Part shown: positions 30,136 through 38,976 of the stretch, in pieces
Numbering within the stretch: position 1 is the stretch's first letter
Layout of the letters: the number at the start of each line of letters is the position of its first letter
DNA from: an uncultured candidate division Zixibacteria bacterium
Lineage (GTDB): Bacteria > Zixibacteria > MSB-5A5 > GN15 > FEB-12
NCBI GenBank assembly: GCA_963735035.1
Contig: CAVTJJ010000004.1
Coordinates: forward strand, 1,472,001 to 1,536,000
Length of the DNA: 64,000 bases
Reading direction: 5' to 3'
The notes under the pieces: model-generated
The model's database searches: none
What the model saw: only the letters and a program-made list of their open reading frames with translations
What the model was told of the DNA's origin: nothing
Made by a program: the position numbers and the translations under genes

Positions 30136-30428
30136 GATCGGCAAGGTTCCAACCCTGCCGTGCGAGTAACGGCAGGCACAGAGGCCTGCCGATCAAAGTA
30201 AGCACTCTCCGGCAGGCACAGAGGCCTGCCGATCAAAGCAAACACTCTCCGGTAGGCACGGAGGCCTGCCTATCAAAGCAAACACTCTCCGGCAGGCGCA
30301 GAGGCCTGCCGATCAAGGCAAACACTTTCCGGCAGGCACGGAGGCCAGCCGGTCAAAGTGTTCGTCCCAATCGGCAGGGTTCCAACCCTGCCGTGCGCGT
30401 TATGCCACGCACAGCGGCCTGCCGATTA
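30136..30428. repeat. Tandem array of five 40-bp hairpin units flanked by a second repeat type (BIME-like)
   Basis: CGGCAGGCACAGAGGCCTGCCGATCAAAG units at 30170, 30210, 30250, 30290, 30330; ATCGGCA(A/G)GGTTCCAACCCTGCCGTGCG at about 30137 and 30370. Confidence 0.9.
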
Positions 30429-30446
30429 AAGTTGAGGGAACTGTGC

Positions 30447-30473
30447 TAAATTTATACAGCCGTCTGCCGATAA
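30447..30473 (+). promoter_or_regulatory. Sigma28 (FliA) promoter of motAB
   Basis: Exact TAAA-N15-GCCGATAA. Confidence 0.85.
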
Positions 30474-30540
30474 AGTCAGAAAGCGGACTCAGTGAAACTG
30501 CGCCCGCCGATAGGAACTTATCGCAACGATTCGGATAGCC

Positions 30541-31305
30541 ATGGACCTTGCCACTATATTCGGTTTGATTCTCTCGCTCGGCGCCATCGGTGGTGCGTTC
30601 ACTCTCGAGGGTGGCAAGCTCGGATCAATCCTGGGGCTCGCTCCGATGGTCATCGTTATCGGCGGCACACTCGGCGCCACGATCGTCACCACGTCGATGG
30701 ACACGGTCAGAAACGTTCCGAGTTATCTCTGGCTGGCTTTCTCGCACCGGCGACAGTCGCCCGGTAAGTTGATCGAACACCTGGTACACCTGGCCGAAAA
30801 GGCCCGCCGGGAAGGGATTCTCGGCCTTGAAGCCGATCTCAAGACGATCCGCCTGCCGTTCTTCCGAAAAGCAGTCCAACTATTAATAGATGGCACCGAA
30901 GTCACCGTGCTTCGGGATATCCTCGAAACGGAAATCGCACACATCGAAGAACGCCACAAGCGTGGCATTATCTTCTTCCAGAAGGCGGGCGGTTTTTCGC
31001 CTACTCTGGGGATTCTGGGCACCGTGCTTGGTTTGGTCCACGCCCTTGGAAATACGTCGGATGCTTCCAAGATGGCCGGTGCTATCGCGGCCGCATTCAT
31101 CGCCACCCTCTGGGGAGTCGGACTGGCCAATTTGTTCTTCCTGCCGGTGTCGGATAAGTTGCGGATGAAGAACGACGAAGAAGTCGCCTACCTCGAACTG
31201 ATTATGGAAGGGGTCGTGGCGATCCAGTCGGGCGACAACCCGCACAATATTCGGATACGTTTGAATTCATTCCTATCGCCGTCGCACCGGTCCCGCGAGG
31301 TTTAG
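30541..31305 (+). CDS. motA: Flagellar stator protein MotA
   Basis: ARREGILGLE, SPTLGILGTVLG, AFIATLWG, IQSGDNP. Confidence 0.95.
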   Translation: MDLATIFGLILSLGAIGGAFTLEGGKLGSILGLAPMVIVIGGTLGATIVTTSMDTVRNVPSYLWLAFSHRRQSPGKLIEHLVHLAEKARREGILGLEADLKTIRLPFFRKAVQLLIDGTEVTVLRDILETEIAHIEERHKRGIIFFQKAGGFSPTLGILGTVLGLVHALGNTSDASKMAGAIAAAFIATLWGVGLANLFFLPVSDKLRMKNDEEVAYLELIMEGVVAIQSGDNPHNIRIRLNSFLSPSHRSREV

Positions 31306-31310
31306 TTCCC

Positions 31311-32054
31311 ATGATCAGGCGCCGCAAAGCTGCCGATGATAAAGAAAATCTGGAGCGATGGCTTCTGACCTACGCTGACCTGATTACCCTCCTGCTGGCC
31401 TTCTTTGTCGTCATGTATTCCATGTCCGCGGTCGACAACAAGCGGTTCGGCCAGGTATCGGACGCCCTCAACACAATCCTCAAAGGCGGGCCGTCGGTAC
31501 TTCGTCATCAAGAAGATGTCACCAAGGTCGGCCACGGCCTGCTCCAACTGGGCAACCTCCGGATGGTGCAGCAGAAGATCGACGAGAAATTTCAGGAGCT
31601 TGGCAAGCAGGGCATTCTGAAGACTGAAATCACCGAACGCGGTTTGGTCGTACATATTATGGAATCAGCCTTGTTTGATCAGGGGTCGGCGGATCTGAAG
31701 CCTCGAGCCCTGGAAGTGTTGGACCTGGTTGCGAGCCAACTGAAGGATCGCCCCAACCATGTTCGGATCGAGGGGCACACCGACGACACCCCGATCCGCA
31801 CCCCGATCTATCCTTCCAACTGGGAGCTTTCCTCGGCGCGGGCGACCGCCGTGGTTCGATACTACACCGAGAGCCATTCCATCCCGGCCGGGCGGATTTC
31901 AGCGCTCGGTTACGGCGAGTACCGTCCGGTCGTGCCGAACAACAGTATCGAGAATCGCGCCATGAATCGCCGGGTCGATATTGTTATCCTCACGATGGAG
32001 ATGACGTTGACCGAACCGTCATCGCAGATGTACTATCAGACCGCCAGTCAGTAA
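31311..32054 (+). CDS. motB: Flagellar stator protein MotB
   Basis: WLLTYADLITLLLAFF; OmpA-like domain with EGHTD, NWELS and NRRV. Confidence 0.95.
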   Translation: MIRRRKAADDKENLERWLLTYADLITLLLAFFVVMYSMSAVDNKRFGQVSDALNTILKGGPSVLRHQEDVTKVGHGLLQLGNLRMVQQKIDEKFQELGKQGILKTEITERGLVVHIMESALFDQGSADLKPRALEVLDLVASQLKDRPNHVRIEGHTDDTPIRTPIYPSNWELSSARATAVVRYYTESHSIPAGRISALGYGEYRPVVPNNSIENRAMNRRVDIVILTMEMTLTEPSSQMYYQTASQ

Positions 32055-32176
32055 ATGCTTCCGCACACACCGGGAAAACCTTTCCTTACATGCATCTAAT
32101 CGGGTAGCAAGTCCGATACCGCCAATCCATCCTAATGTGATATCACACAATCAGATGGCATTAGAGTCAGCCGTCT

Positions 32177-32191
32177 TGGCATAGTCCTTGC
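32177..32191 (+). promoter_or_regulatory. Sigma54 promoter of the flgB operon
   Basis: TGGCAT-N5-TTGC (GG-N10-GC). Confidence 0.8.
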
Positions 32192-32223
32192 CTATACCTG
32201 CGGTGACGAAATGTGACTGGGCT

Positions 32224-32643
32224 ATGAGTATGGACAATAAACTTACCAATTTTCTGTTTCAATCCTCCGGTGTGCCGCGCTATGGCAGGTACCTGGACTT
32301 GAGCAGTCTTCGCCACAAACTGGTATCCAGTAATGTGGCGAACGTCTCCACGCCCGGCTACAAAGCGGAAGATATCAACTTCGAAGACGAGCTGGCCAAA
32401 TCATCGGGTAATACCCGGCGTCTGGCGGGAGTGGTCACACATGCCAACCATCTCCCGCTGGGCCAACATCCGGACAAGTTGCCGAAAGTGGAACGGACTA
32501 AAGTCGAAGGTGAAGAATTGAACAGTGTCGATATCGACCGCGAAGTTCCCAAGATGGCTCAGAATGAAATCGAATATACCGTGGCGGCGAAGCTGTTGCA
32601 GAAGAAGTTCGAAGGCCTGCACAAGGTGATTACGAGCAAGTAA
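32224..32643 (+). CDS. flgB: Flagellar basal-body rod protein FlgB
   Basis: SNVANVSTPGYKA, NSVDIDRE; start placed at ATG 32224 (or 32230), downstream of the sigma54 promoter. Confidence 0.92.
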   Translation: MSMDNKLTNFLFQSSGVPRYGRYLDLSSLRHKLVSSNVANVSTPGYKAEDINFEDELAKSSGNTRRLAGVVTHANHLPLGQHPDKLPKVERTKVEGEELNSVDIDREVPKMAQNEIEYTVAAKLLQKKFEGLHKVITSK

Positions 32644-32653
32644 GGATCTGACT

Positions 32654-33148
32654 ATGGGCGGACTAATTAACGCTATAGACATTTCAGCCCGCGGGCTGTC
32701 GGCCCAGCGTGCCAAGATGAATATTGTCGCCGAAAACATGGCCAACGCCGAGACGGTGGAAACACCGGAAGGCGGCCCGTACAAGCGGCAGCGTGTGATA
32801 ATCAGTTCCGAAGATACCAGAGTGCCTTTTTCTCGCGAGTTGTCGCGGGCTTCCACGCAACTGACCCGAACCAACTCGGAGCATATGCTCGGCCAAACAA
32901 ATCTGAAGGTGGGTTCGGTCAACGTGTCGACCGTCGAACACAAGGAAATTGTCGATCCCAAATCCAACTTCCGGCTGGTGTACGATCCCACTCATCCCGA
33001 TGCCGACGCCGAGGGATTTGTGAAGATGCCCGATGTTGATATTGTTACTGAGATGGTAGATATGATGGCCGCGTCGCGCGCCTATGAAGCGAACACCAGT
33101 GTGATAGCGTCGGCCAAGAAGATGGCAATCGATGCGCTCGAAATATAG
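32654..33148 (+). CDS. flgC: Flagellar basal-body rod protein FlgC
   Basis: ENMANAET, GGPYKRQ, YDPTHPDA, ASRAYEAN. Confidence 0.96.
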   Translation: MGGLINAIDISARGLSAQRAKMNIVAENMANAETVETPEGGPYKRQRVIISSEDTRVPFSRELSRASTQLTRTNSEHMLGQTNLKVGSVNVSTVEHKEIVDPKSNFRLVYDPTHPDADAEGFVKMPDVDIVTEMVDMMAASRAYEANTSVIASAKKMAIDALEI

Positions 33149-33157
33149 GAGAGAGCC

Positions 33158-33484
33158 ATGAAGGTTAACCCGTTAGGTATTCAAGCTTATCAGCAAGTCA
33201 ATCGGTCCGACCGGCCGACGTCCGACGCGGCTTCGCGTACCGGCCAGACCAACAACCAGAGTGTGGTAATCGAACCACAGTCCACAGTCAGCAAGTCAGC
33301 CCTGGCCGTCAAAGCGCCGTCAGGCAACTACGCCAAGTTTCTTTCCTCGGAAGAACGCCAGGCTCTCGATCTGCTGTTCGCGAAGTTCAGCGACTCCACC
33401 CGTTTCGGTTCGGCTTATGCGGCCGCGAGTGAAGAAGCATCCGGCGGTGAACAGCTCGGACGTCTGGTGGACGTAAAGGTATAA
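33158..33484 (+). CDS. Hypothetical protein inside the flgC-fliE operon
   Basis: AGGAG RBS, tight spacing to both neighbours; 108 aa ending LGRLVDVKV. Confidence 0.75.
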   Translation: MKVNPLGIQAYQQVNRSDRPTSDAASRTGQTNNQSVVIEPQSTVSKSALAVKAPSGNYAKFLSSEERQALDLLFAKFSDSTRFGSAYAAASEEASGGEQLGRLVDVKV

Positions 33485-33486
33485 TC

Positions 33487-33807
33487 GTGGCCACCGTAAT
33501 TCTCCCAGCCCAACGTCTGGTTCCCGGCCTGATCGAGAAGACCGGCACGGTTCCGCTCATTCCGCAGGAAGCGGTTGCGGCGGATCAGCCGAAGTTCTCG
33601 GAAATAGTCGGCAACATGCTGCAGTCGGTGAATCAGGTACAGCAGGCGTCGGCCGAAATCCAACAGGCCTTCCTGGCGGGGGAAGATGTCGAGTTGCACC
33701 AGATGATGATCAAGGCGGAAGAAGCGGGCGTATCAATGGACCTGCTCCTGGAAATCCGCAACCGTCTCGTGGACGGCTATAATGAGATTATGAAGATGCC
33801 ACTGTAG
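33487..33807 (+). CDS. fliE: Flagellar hook-basal body protein FliE
   Basis: ELHQMMIKAEEA...EIRNRLVDGYNEIMKM. Confidence 0.92.
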   Translation: MATVILPAQRLVPGLIEKTGTVPLIPQEAVAADQPKFSEIVGNMLQSVNQVQQASAEIQQAFLAGEDVELHQMMIKAEEAGVSMDLLLEIRNRLVDGYNEIMKMPL

Positions 33808-33868
33808 GATACGGTGACGTTACTATCCGGCCATGGATGGCTGGAAACAGGAAGATATAGGAAGTCGT

Positions 33869-35432
33869 ATGGAGTTCTTAAAAGACACCTTTAAGAACCT
33901 TGCTAAATTCGTCGGACGCATGACGACGAGCCAGGTGATGATGCTTTTCGGCATTCTGGCCGGCACCATCATTGGTATCGTCGTGGTCGTCGGATGGGTT
34001 TCGCAAGTCAGCTATTCTCGCCTCTACTCCGATGTCGATAACGCCGACGCGGGGGAGATCGTTAATTACCTCAACGACCAGCAGATTCCGTATCGTCTGA
34101 CCGACAACGGCCGCGCGATCGAGATTCCATCCGGCGATGTCTATAAGACCCGGATTTCTCTGGCCGCGGAAGGTATCCCCAAAGCAGGCAATATCGGCTA
34201 TTCCATTTTTGACCAGAACAATCTGGGCATGACCGATTTCCTTCAGAATCTCAATTTCAGACGCGCTCTCGAAGGCGAACTGACCAAGACCATTACCGAG
34301 CTGAGTGAAGTAGAAGCGGCTCGGGTGCATATTGTCATGCCGAAGGACCGTCTGTTCAAGGAAGACAAGAAAGAAGCAACCGCGTCGGTGGTTTTGAAAC
34401 TGGCCGGGAACTCCACTCTGACCAAACGTCAGATAACCGGCATCGCTCATCTGGTGGCCGCCTCGGTCGAAGGCCTCAAGCCGTCGAACATCGCGATCCT
34501 CGATTACGACGGCAATTTGCTGTCGTCGGGGCAGTCGGATGATCCGTTGGCCGGTCTGTCCAGTTCACAGATGGAAGTTCGCAAGAATGTCGAGCAGTAT
34601 CTTCAGGACAAAGCACAATCGCTTCTCGACGGCGTCCTCGGCGAAGGCAAGTCGGCTGTCCGCGTGACCGCCGAACTCGACTTCCAGCAATTGGAACGTA
34701 CCTCCGAACAGTACGATCCCAACTCCGCCACCGATACGGAGCGAGGAACGCACCAAGACCAACAACACTAACAGCGATAAAGCCGCCGAGACGAGCCAAT
34801 CTCAGGCGCAGGAAAACAACGAGACCACGGTTACGAACTACGAAATCAATAAGACAGTCGAACACTTGATCAACGCGGTTGGCGGTATCCAGCGGCTTTC
34901 GGTCGCCGTGATGGTAGATGGCACCTACAACCAGGTGCCGAATGCCGACGGTCAAACCGAGAGCATCTATCAACCGAGACCGCAGGAAGAACTCGACCGC
35001 CTGGCTTCGGTCGTCCGCACTACTCTTGGTCTGAATACCGAGCGCAACGATCAGATCGAAATCGTGAACATGCCTTTCGATCGGAACGATCTGGTGGCTG
35101 ACCGTCAGGCGCTGGATACGATGTACCAGCGCGACTTCTATGTCGACATCGCCAAGAAGGTGTTGCTCGTGATGCTCGGCATCCTGGTGCTGTTCTACCT
35201 AAAGCGCAAAGCAGGCAAGCTGTTCAGGTCCCTCGCGACGATAGCGCCGCCCCGCCACACGGTGCTACAGACAGCCAGAACAATGGCACAACAACAAATT
35301 GAAGAGCAGGAAGAAGTACAGCCGATTGTGGCTGAGAAACGTCGACCAACTCTCGTCGACCAGATGCAGAAAACGGCCAAGGAACAACCGGAAGAGATGG
35401 CGCGCGTCATTCGCACCATTATGTCCGAGTAG
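33869..35432 (+). CDS. fliF: Flagellar MS-ring protein FliF (one extra base near 34731-34733)
   Basis: GYSIFD, RALEGEL, ARVHIVMP; ...DPNSAT joins IRSEERT...NYEINKT...RLSVAVMVDG after removing one base. Confidence 0.93.
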
Positions 35433-35439
35433 GTGAGTT

Positions 35440-36450
35440 ATGAACTACGAAAGCATGACAGCCATTCAGAAAGCCGCGGTGGCCCTGGTCGCGTTCGGTC
35501 CGGAAGTTTCCGCCCACGTGCTCAAGGGCATGGGCGAAGCCGATCTGGAAGCCATCACGATTGAAATTGCCAATCTGCGCGATGTCCCGGCGGAAGTTGA
35601 AGCGAAGGTAGTCGACGAGTGCTATCAGATCTTCATGGCGCGCCAGTACATCTCCCAGGGCGGTATTGATTTCGCATCGGAGATTCTGGAGAAAGCTGTG
35701 GGTTCGACCAAGGCGCATGAAATCTTGAAGCGCCTCGAATCCACGTTCGTCAACAAAGGCTTTTCGCTGTTGAAAGACATCGATCCCAAGCAGCTCAGCG
35801 GCTTCTTTCAGAACGAGCATCCGCAGACCACCGCTCTGGTGCTGACACAGCTTAATCCGCAGCAGGCGGCGGCGGTGCTTTCGGAGTTGGCCCCGGAACT
35901 GCAATCTGAAGTCGCCCTTCGCATCGCTACCATGGAGAAGATATCTCCGGAAATTCTGAAAGAAGTCGAAGGCACTCTGGAACACCATTTTGGAGGCGAC
36001 TCCGGACGTGATCTGTCGGTTTCCGGCGGCGCCAAAGCTATTGCTGAAATTCTGAACCTGATCGATACGACCGCCGAAAAGAATATTCTACAGTCGCTCG
36101 AAGCGGAGAACGCCGATCTCGCGGCTGAAGTCAAGAACATGATGTTCGTGTTCGATGACTTGATCTTACTCGACGATCGTTCGATCCAGCGCCTTCTCAA
36201 AGAAGTGGAAACGAAAGACCTGTCAACCGCGCTCAAGGCGGCGAGCGAAGAGGTCAAGAACAAGATCTTCGCCAACGTCTCGGAGCGTGTGTCGATTATG
36301 ATCAAGGAAGAGATGGAGTTCATGGGCCCGACCCGTCTGTCCGATGTCGAGGCGGCCCAGGGTCGAATCGTCGAATCGGTCCGTCGACTCGAAGAAGAAG
36401 GCCAGATCATCATCTCCGGCCGCGGCGGTAAAGAGGATATCATTGTCTAA
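35440..36450 (+). CDS. fliG: Flagellar motor switch protein FliG
   Basis: EHPQT, MFVFDDL, MGPTRLSDVEAAQ. Confidence 0.97.
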   Translation: MNYESMTAIQKAAVALVAFGPEVSAHVLKGMGEADLEAITIEIANLRDVPAEVEAKVVDECYQIFMARQYISQGGIDFASEILEKAVGSTKAHEILKRLESTFVNKGFSLLKDIDPKQLSGFFQNEHPQTTALVLTQLNPQQAAAVLSELAPELQSEVALRIATMEKISPEILKEVEGTLEHHFGGDSGRDLSVSGGAKAIAEILNLIDTTAEKNILQSLEAENADLAAEVKNMMFVFDDLILLDDRSIQRLLKEVETKDLSTALKAASEEVKNKIFANVSERVSIMIKEEMEFMGPTRLSDVEAAQGRIVESVRRLEEEGQIIISGRGGKEDIIV

Positions 36451-37144
36451 AGTCATTCGATACAACGCCGACGGTCCAACCGTGTTTATCGGCGAGAAGC
36501 AGCGCGATGCCCAGGCGGAGAGCCGGTCCGCGCAGCGACTCGGCCAGATGTTCCCCAAGGTGTCGCTTATTACAACTCCTGACGGCGCTCGTCTGATGCC
36601 CATTTCTGAAGTGGCAAAGCTCGATGAGCGCATGTCGGAAGAATGTGACAAGTCACGCAAACAGGGTTTCGATCAGGGATATCAGGTTGGCATGGAGAAG
36701 GGGCTGGACGAAGCCCGCAAAGTGCTGCGTCAGTTCGAAAAGGCCATCGAAGATGCTGTCAACCAGCGTATCGCGCTGCTCGAAGAAGCAAAGCAGAAGG
36801 TACTCGAACTGGTCATTCAGGTCAGTCGGAAGATCACTTTCGACGGTCTTCAGGTGGATCAGGAAGCCACTCTGACCATGATCGAGGGAGTAATCAATCA
36901 ACTGGTAGATCGATCCCGTCTGCGTATCAAAGTCCACCCGGATCACCTGCCTCTGATGGAACAGAACATGAATCGATTTCTGTCGAGCTCAACTTCCATC
37001 AAGGACCTTACTTTTCAAGCGGACCCACGGGTGCGGATCGGTGGTTGCTTTATCGAAACCCCGACCGGCGACATCGACGCCCGGCTTACCTCGCAATTTG
37101 ACGTTATCGAGACCACCCTGCGGGGCGGAGCGGAGGGCGCGTGA
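36443..37144 (+). CDS. fliH: Flagellar export protein FliH
   Basis: GxxxG repeats (GFDQGYQVGMEKG), IKVHPD, GGCFIET...IDARL; TTG start at 36443 inferred from AGAGGA. Confidence 0.88.
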   Translation: MSKVIRYNADGPTVFIGEKQRDAQAESRSAQRLGQMFPKVSLITTPDGARLMPISEVAKLDERMSEECDKSRKQGFDQGYQVGMEKGLDEARKVLRQFEKAIEDAVNQRIALLEEAKQKVLELVIQVSRKITFDGLQVDQEATLTMIEGVINQLVDRSRLRIKVHPDHLPLMEQNMNRFLSSSTSIKDLTFQADPRVRIGGCFIETPTGDIDARLTSQFDVIETTLRGGAEGA

Positions 37145-38490
37145 GTTATGTCCTCTACGACATGTACGTCGACCGCATCAAGCGCGCCAGCACGATCAAG
37201 CAATTTGGCAAGGTCACGCAGGTCGTTGGCCTGGTGATCGAATCCGCCGGACCGGCCATTTCAATCGGCCGGTTGTGTCATATTGAAAATCACGACGGCA
37301 GCACTATCCTCGCGGAGGTGGTAGGCTTTCGCGATGATCGGCTGCTGCTCATGCCATACGGGCCGATAAGCGGCATCAACCCCGGCGCCATTGTAACATC
37401 GACCTCGGATCAACTTCGCATCCCTGTCGGCCCCACGCTTATTGGCCGAGTCCTGGGCGGCCTGGGTCAGCCAATTGATAGCAAGGGACCGGTTGCCTCT
37501 GGGATTACCCGGCCCGTTTCGTCGAGCCCAATTCCGGTACTGAGTCGTCGACGAATAACCGAACCGATTCGCACTGGCATTAAGGCGATTGATGTGATGA
37601 CGACAGTCGGCAAGGGACAGCGGCTGGGCGTTTTCGCGGGATCAGGAGTTGGCAAATCAGTAATGCTGGGCATGATCGCCCGGAATTCATCGGCTGATAT
37701 AAACGTGATCGCTCTCATCGGCGAGCGCGGTCGTGAAGTGAAAGAGTTTATCGAGCGCGACCTGGGCGAAGAGGGTCTGAAGAGATCAATCGTTGTCGCG
37801 GTCAGCTCGGATCAGCCTGCACTGGTTCGAATTAAAGGTGCGATGGTGGCTACGGCTATCGCGGAGTACTTCCGCGAGCAGGGGAAAGACGTCCTGCTTC
37901 TCATGGACTCGGTCACGCGCGTGGCTATCGCCCAACGCGAAATCGGTCTGGCGGTAGGCGAACCACCCGCCACGAAGGGATATACACCATCTGTCTTCGC
38001 GCTTCTGCCGACACTTCTCGAACGAGCCGGTTGTGACCAACACGGGTCAATCACAGGTCTCTACGCCGTGCTGGTCGAAGCCGACGATTTCAATGAACCG
38101 ATCTCGGACGCTGTGCGTTCGATTCTCGACGGCCACGTGGCCTTGTCGCGCCGGCTCGCGTCGCTGAACCAGTATCCGGCGGTGGATGTGCTCGATTCGA
38201 TCTCACGATTGATGAAAGATGTTTCGACTGAAGAAGAGGTCCAACTGGCGGGCGAAGTCAGGGAGTTGTTCTCAGTTTATACTGAAGCTGAAGATTTGAT
38301 CAACATCGGCGCCTATGTCAAAGGCTCCAATCCTCGCATCGACCGGGCGATCGATAAATTCGATCCGCTGCGTCGACTTCTGAGGCAGGGCATCAACGAG
38401 CGTGTCGTTCACAACGACGTTATCGCTCAATTAAGAGAAATTCTCCACGGAGTAACCAGTGGCAGTCAAAAGGTTTCGATACCGGCTTGA
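37141..38490 (+). CDS. fliI: Flagellar export ATPase FliI
   Basis: AGSGVGKS, GERGREV, GEPPATKGYTPS, LDGHV. Confidence 0.96.
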   Translation: MSYVLYDMYVDRIKRASTIKQFGKVTQVVGLVIESAGPAISIGRLCHIENHDGSTILAEVVGFRDDRLLLMPYGPISGINPGAIVTSTSDQLRIPVGPTLIGRVLGGLGQPIDSKGPVASGITRPVSSSPIPVLSRRRITEPIRTGIKAIDVMTTVGKGQRLGVFAGSGVGKSVMLGMIARNSSADINVIALIGERGREVKEFIERDLGEEGLKRSIVVAVSSDQPALVRIKGAMVATAIAEYFREQGKDVLLLMDSVTRVAIAQREIGLAVGEPPATKGYTPSVFALLPTLLERAGCDQHGSITGLYAVLVEADDFNEPISDAVRSILDGHVALSRRLASLNQYPAVDVLDSISRLMKDVSTEEEVQLAGEVRELFSVYTEAEDLINIGAYVKGSNPRIDRAIDKFDPLRRLLRQGINERVVHNDVIAQLREILHGVTSGSQKVSIPA

Positions 38491-38917
38491 ACCTCTTCTA
38501 AAGATCAGGCAACACCGCGAGAAAGAGCGGCAGAAGGAACATGCTGCGGCCATTCAGCAGGTACTCAAGCAGAAACTGGAATTGACCGCGATTGATCGCT
38601 GTCGTCTGGATACCCTCGATCATCAACGCCTGCAGCAAGTGGGAAAGTTCTCTATTGCCGATGCTCTCGTCTGTTCACGCTACCTGGTGAAACTCAAGCG
38701 TGAGCGGATGGCCGGTAACGGGCTCCTGCACGGTCTCGAAAAGGAGGCCGAGAAGAAACGCCGCAAGCTGGTCGATGCCGCCCGCGAACGAAAAATCTAC
38801 GAAATGCTCAAAGATAAGCAGCAGCTCCGGCATCGTCAGGCGATTGAAAAGCAGGAACAGAAAGAACTCGACGAGGTCGCTATAGTCGCTTTTCGTCGCA
38901 ACAAACAAAACGGGTGA
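38459..38917 (+). CDS. fliJ: Flagellar export protein FliJ
   Basis: FRYRLEPLLKIR...EQKELDE; follows fliI. Confidence 0.9.
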   Translation: MAVKRFRYRLEPLLKIRQHREKERQKEHAAAIQQVLKQKLELTAIDRCRLDTLDHQRLQQVGKFSIADALVCSRYLVKLKRERMAGNGLLHGLEKEAEKKRRKLVDAARERKIYEMLKDKQQLRHRQAIEKQEQKELDEVAIVAFRRNKQNG

Positions 38918-38936
38918 CGGCGTTTAACCGTCACCC
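38912..38936. terminator. Hairpin between convergent fliJ and secreted-protein gene
   Basis: GGGTGACGG-cgtttaa-CCGTCACCC. Confidence 0.55.
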
Positions 38937-38976
38937 GACCCTCAAAATCAATTGGTGTCAGTCAGGGATGAGGGCA

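Noticed and set aside
30170..30357. CRISPR array
   Set aside because: The 18-nt linkers are short and nearly identical rather than unique spacers, the unit occurs dispersed elsewhere, and no cas gene is in the window.
32136..32147. CRP site (TGTGA-TA-TCACA)
   Set aside because: The spacer is 2 bp rather than 6; it is a palindrome of unknown meaning.
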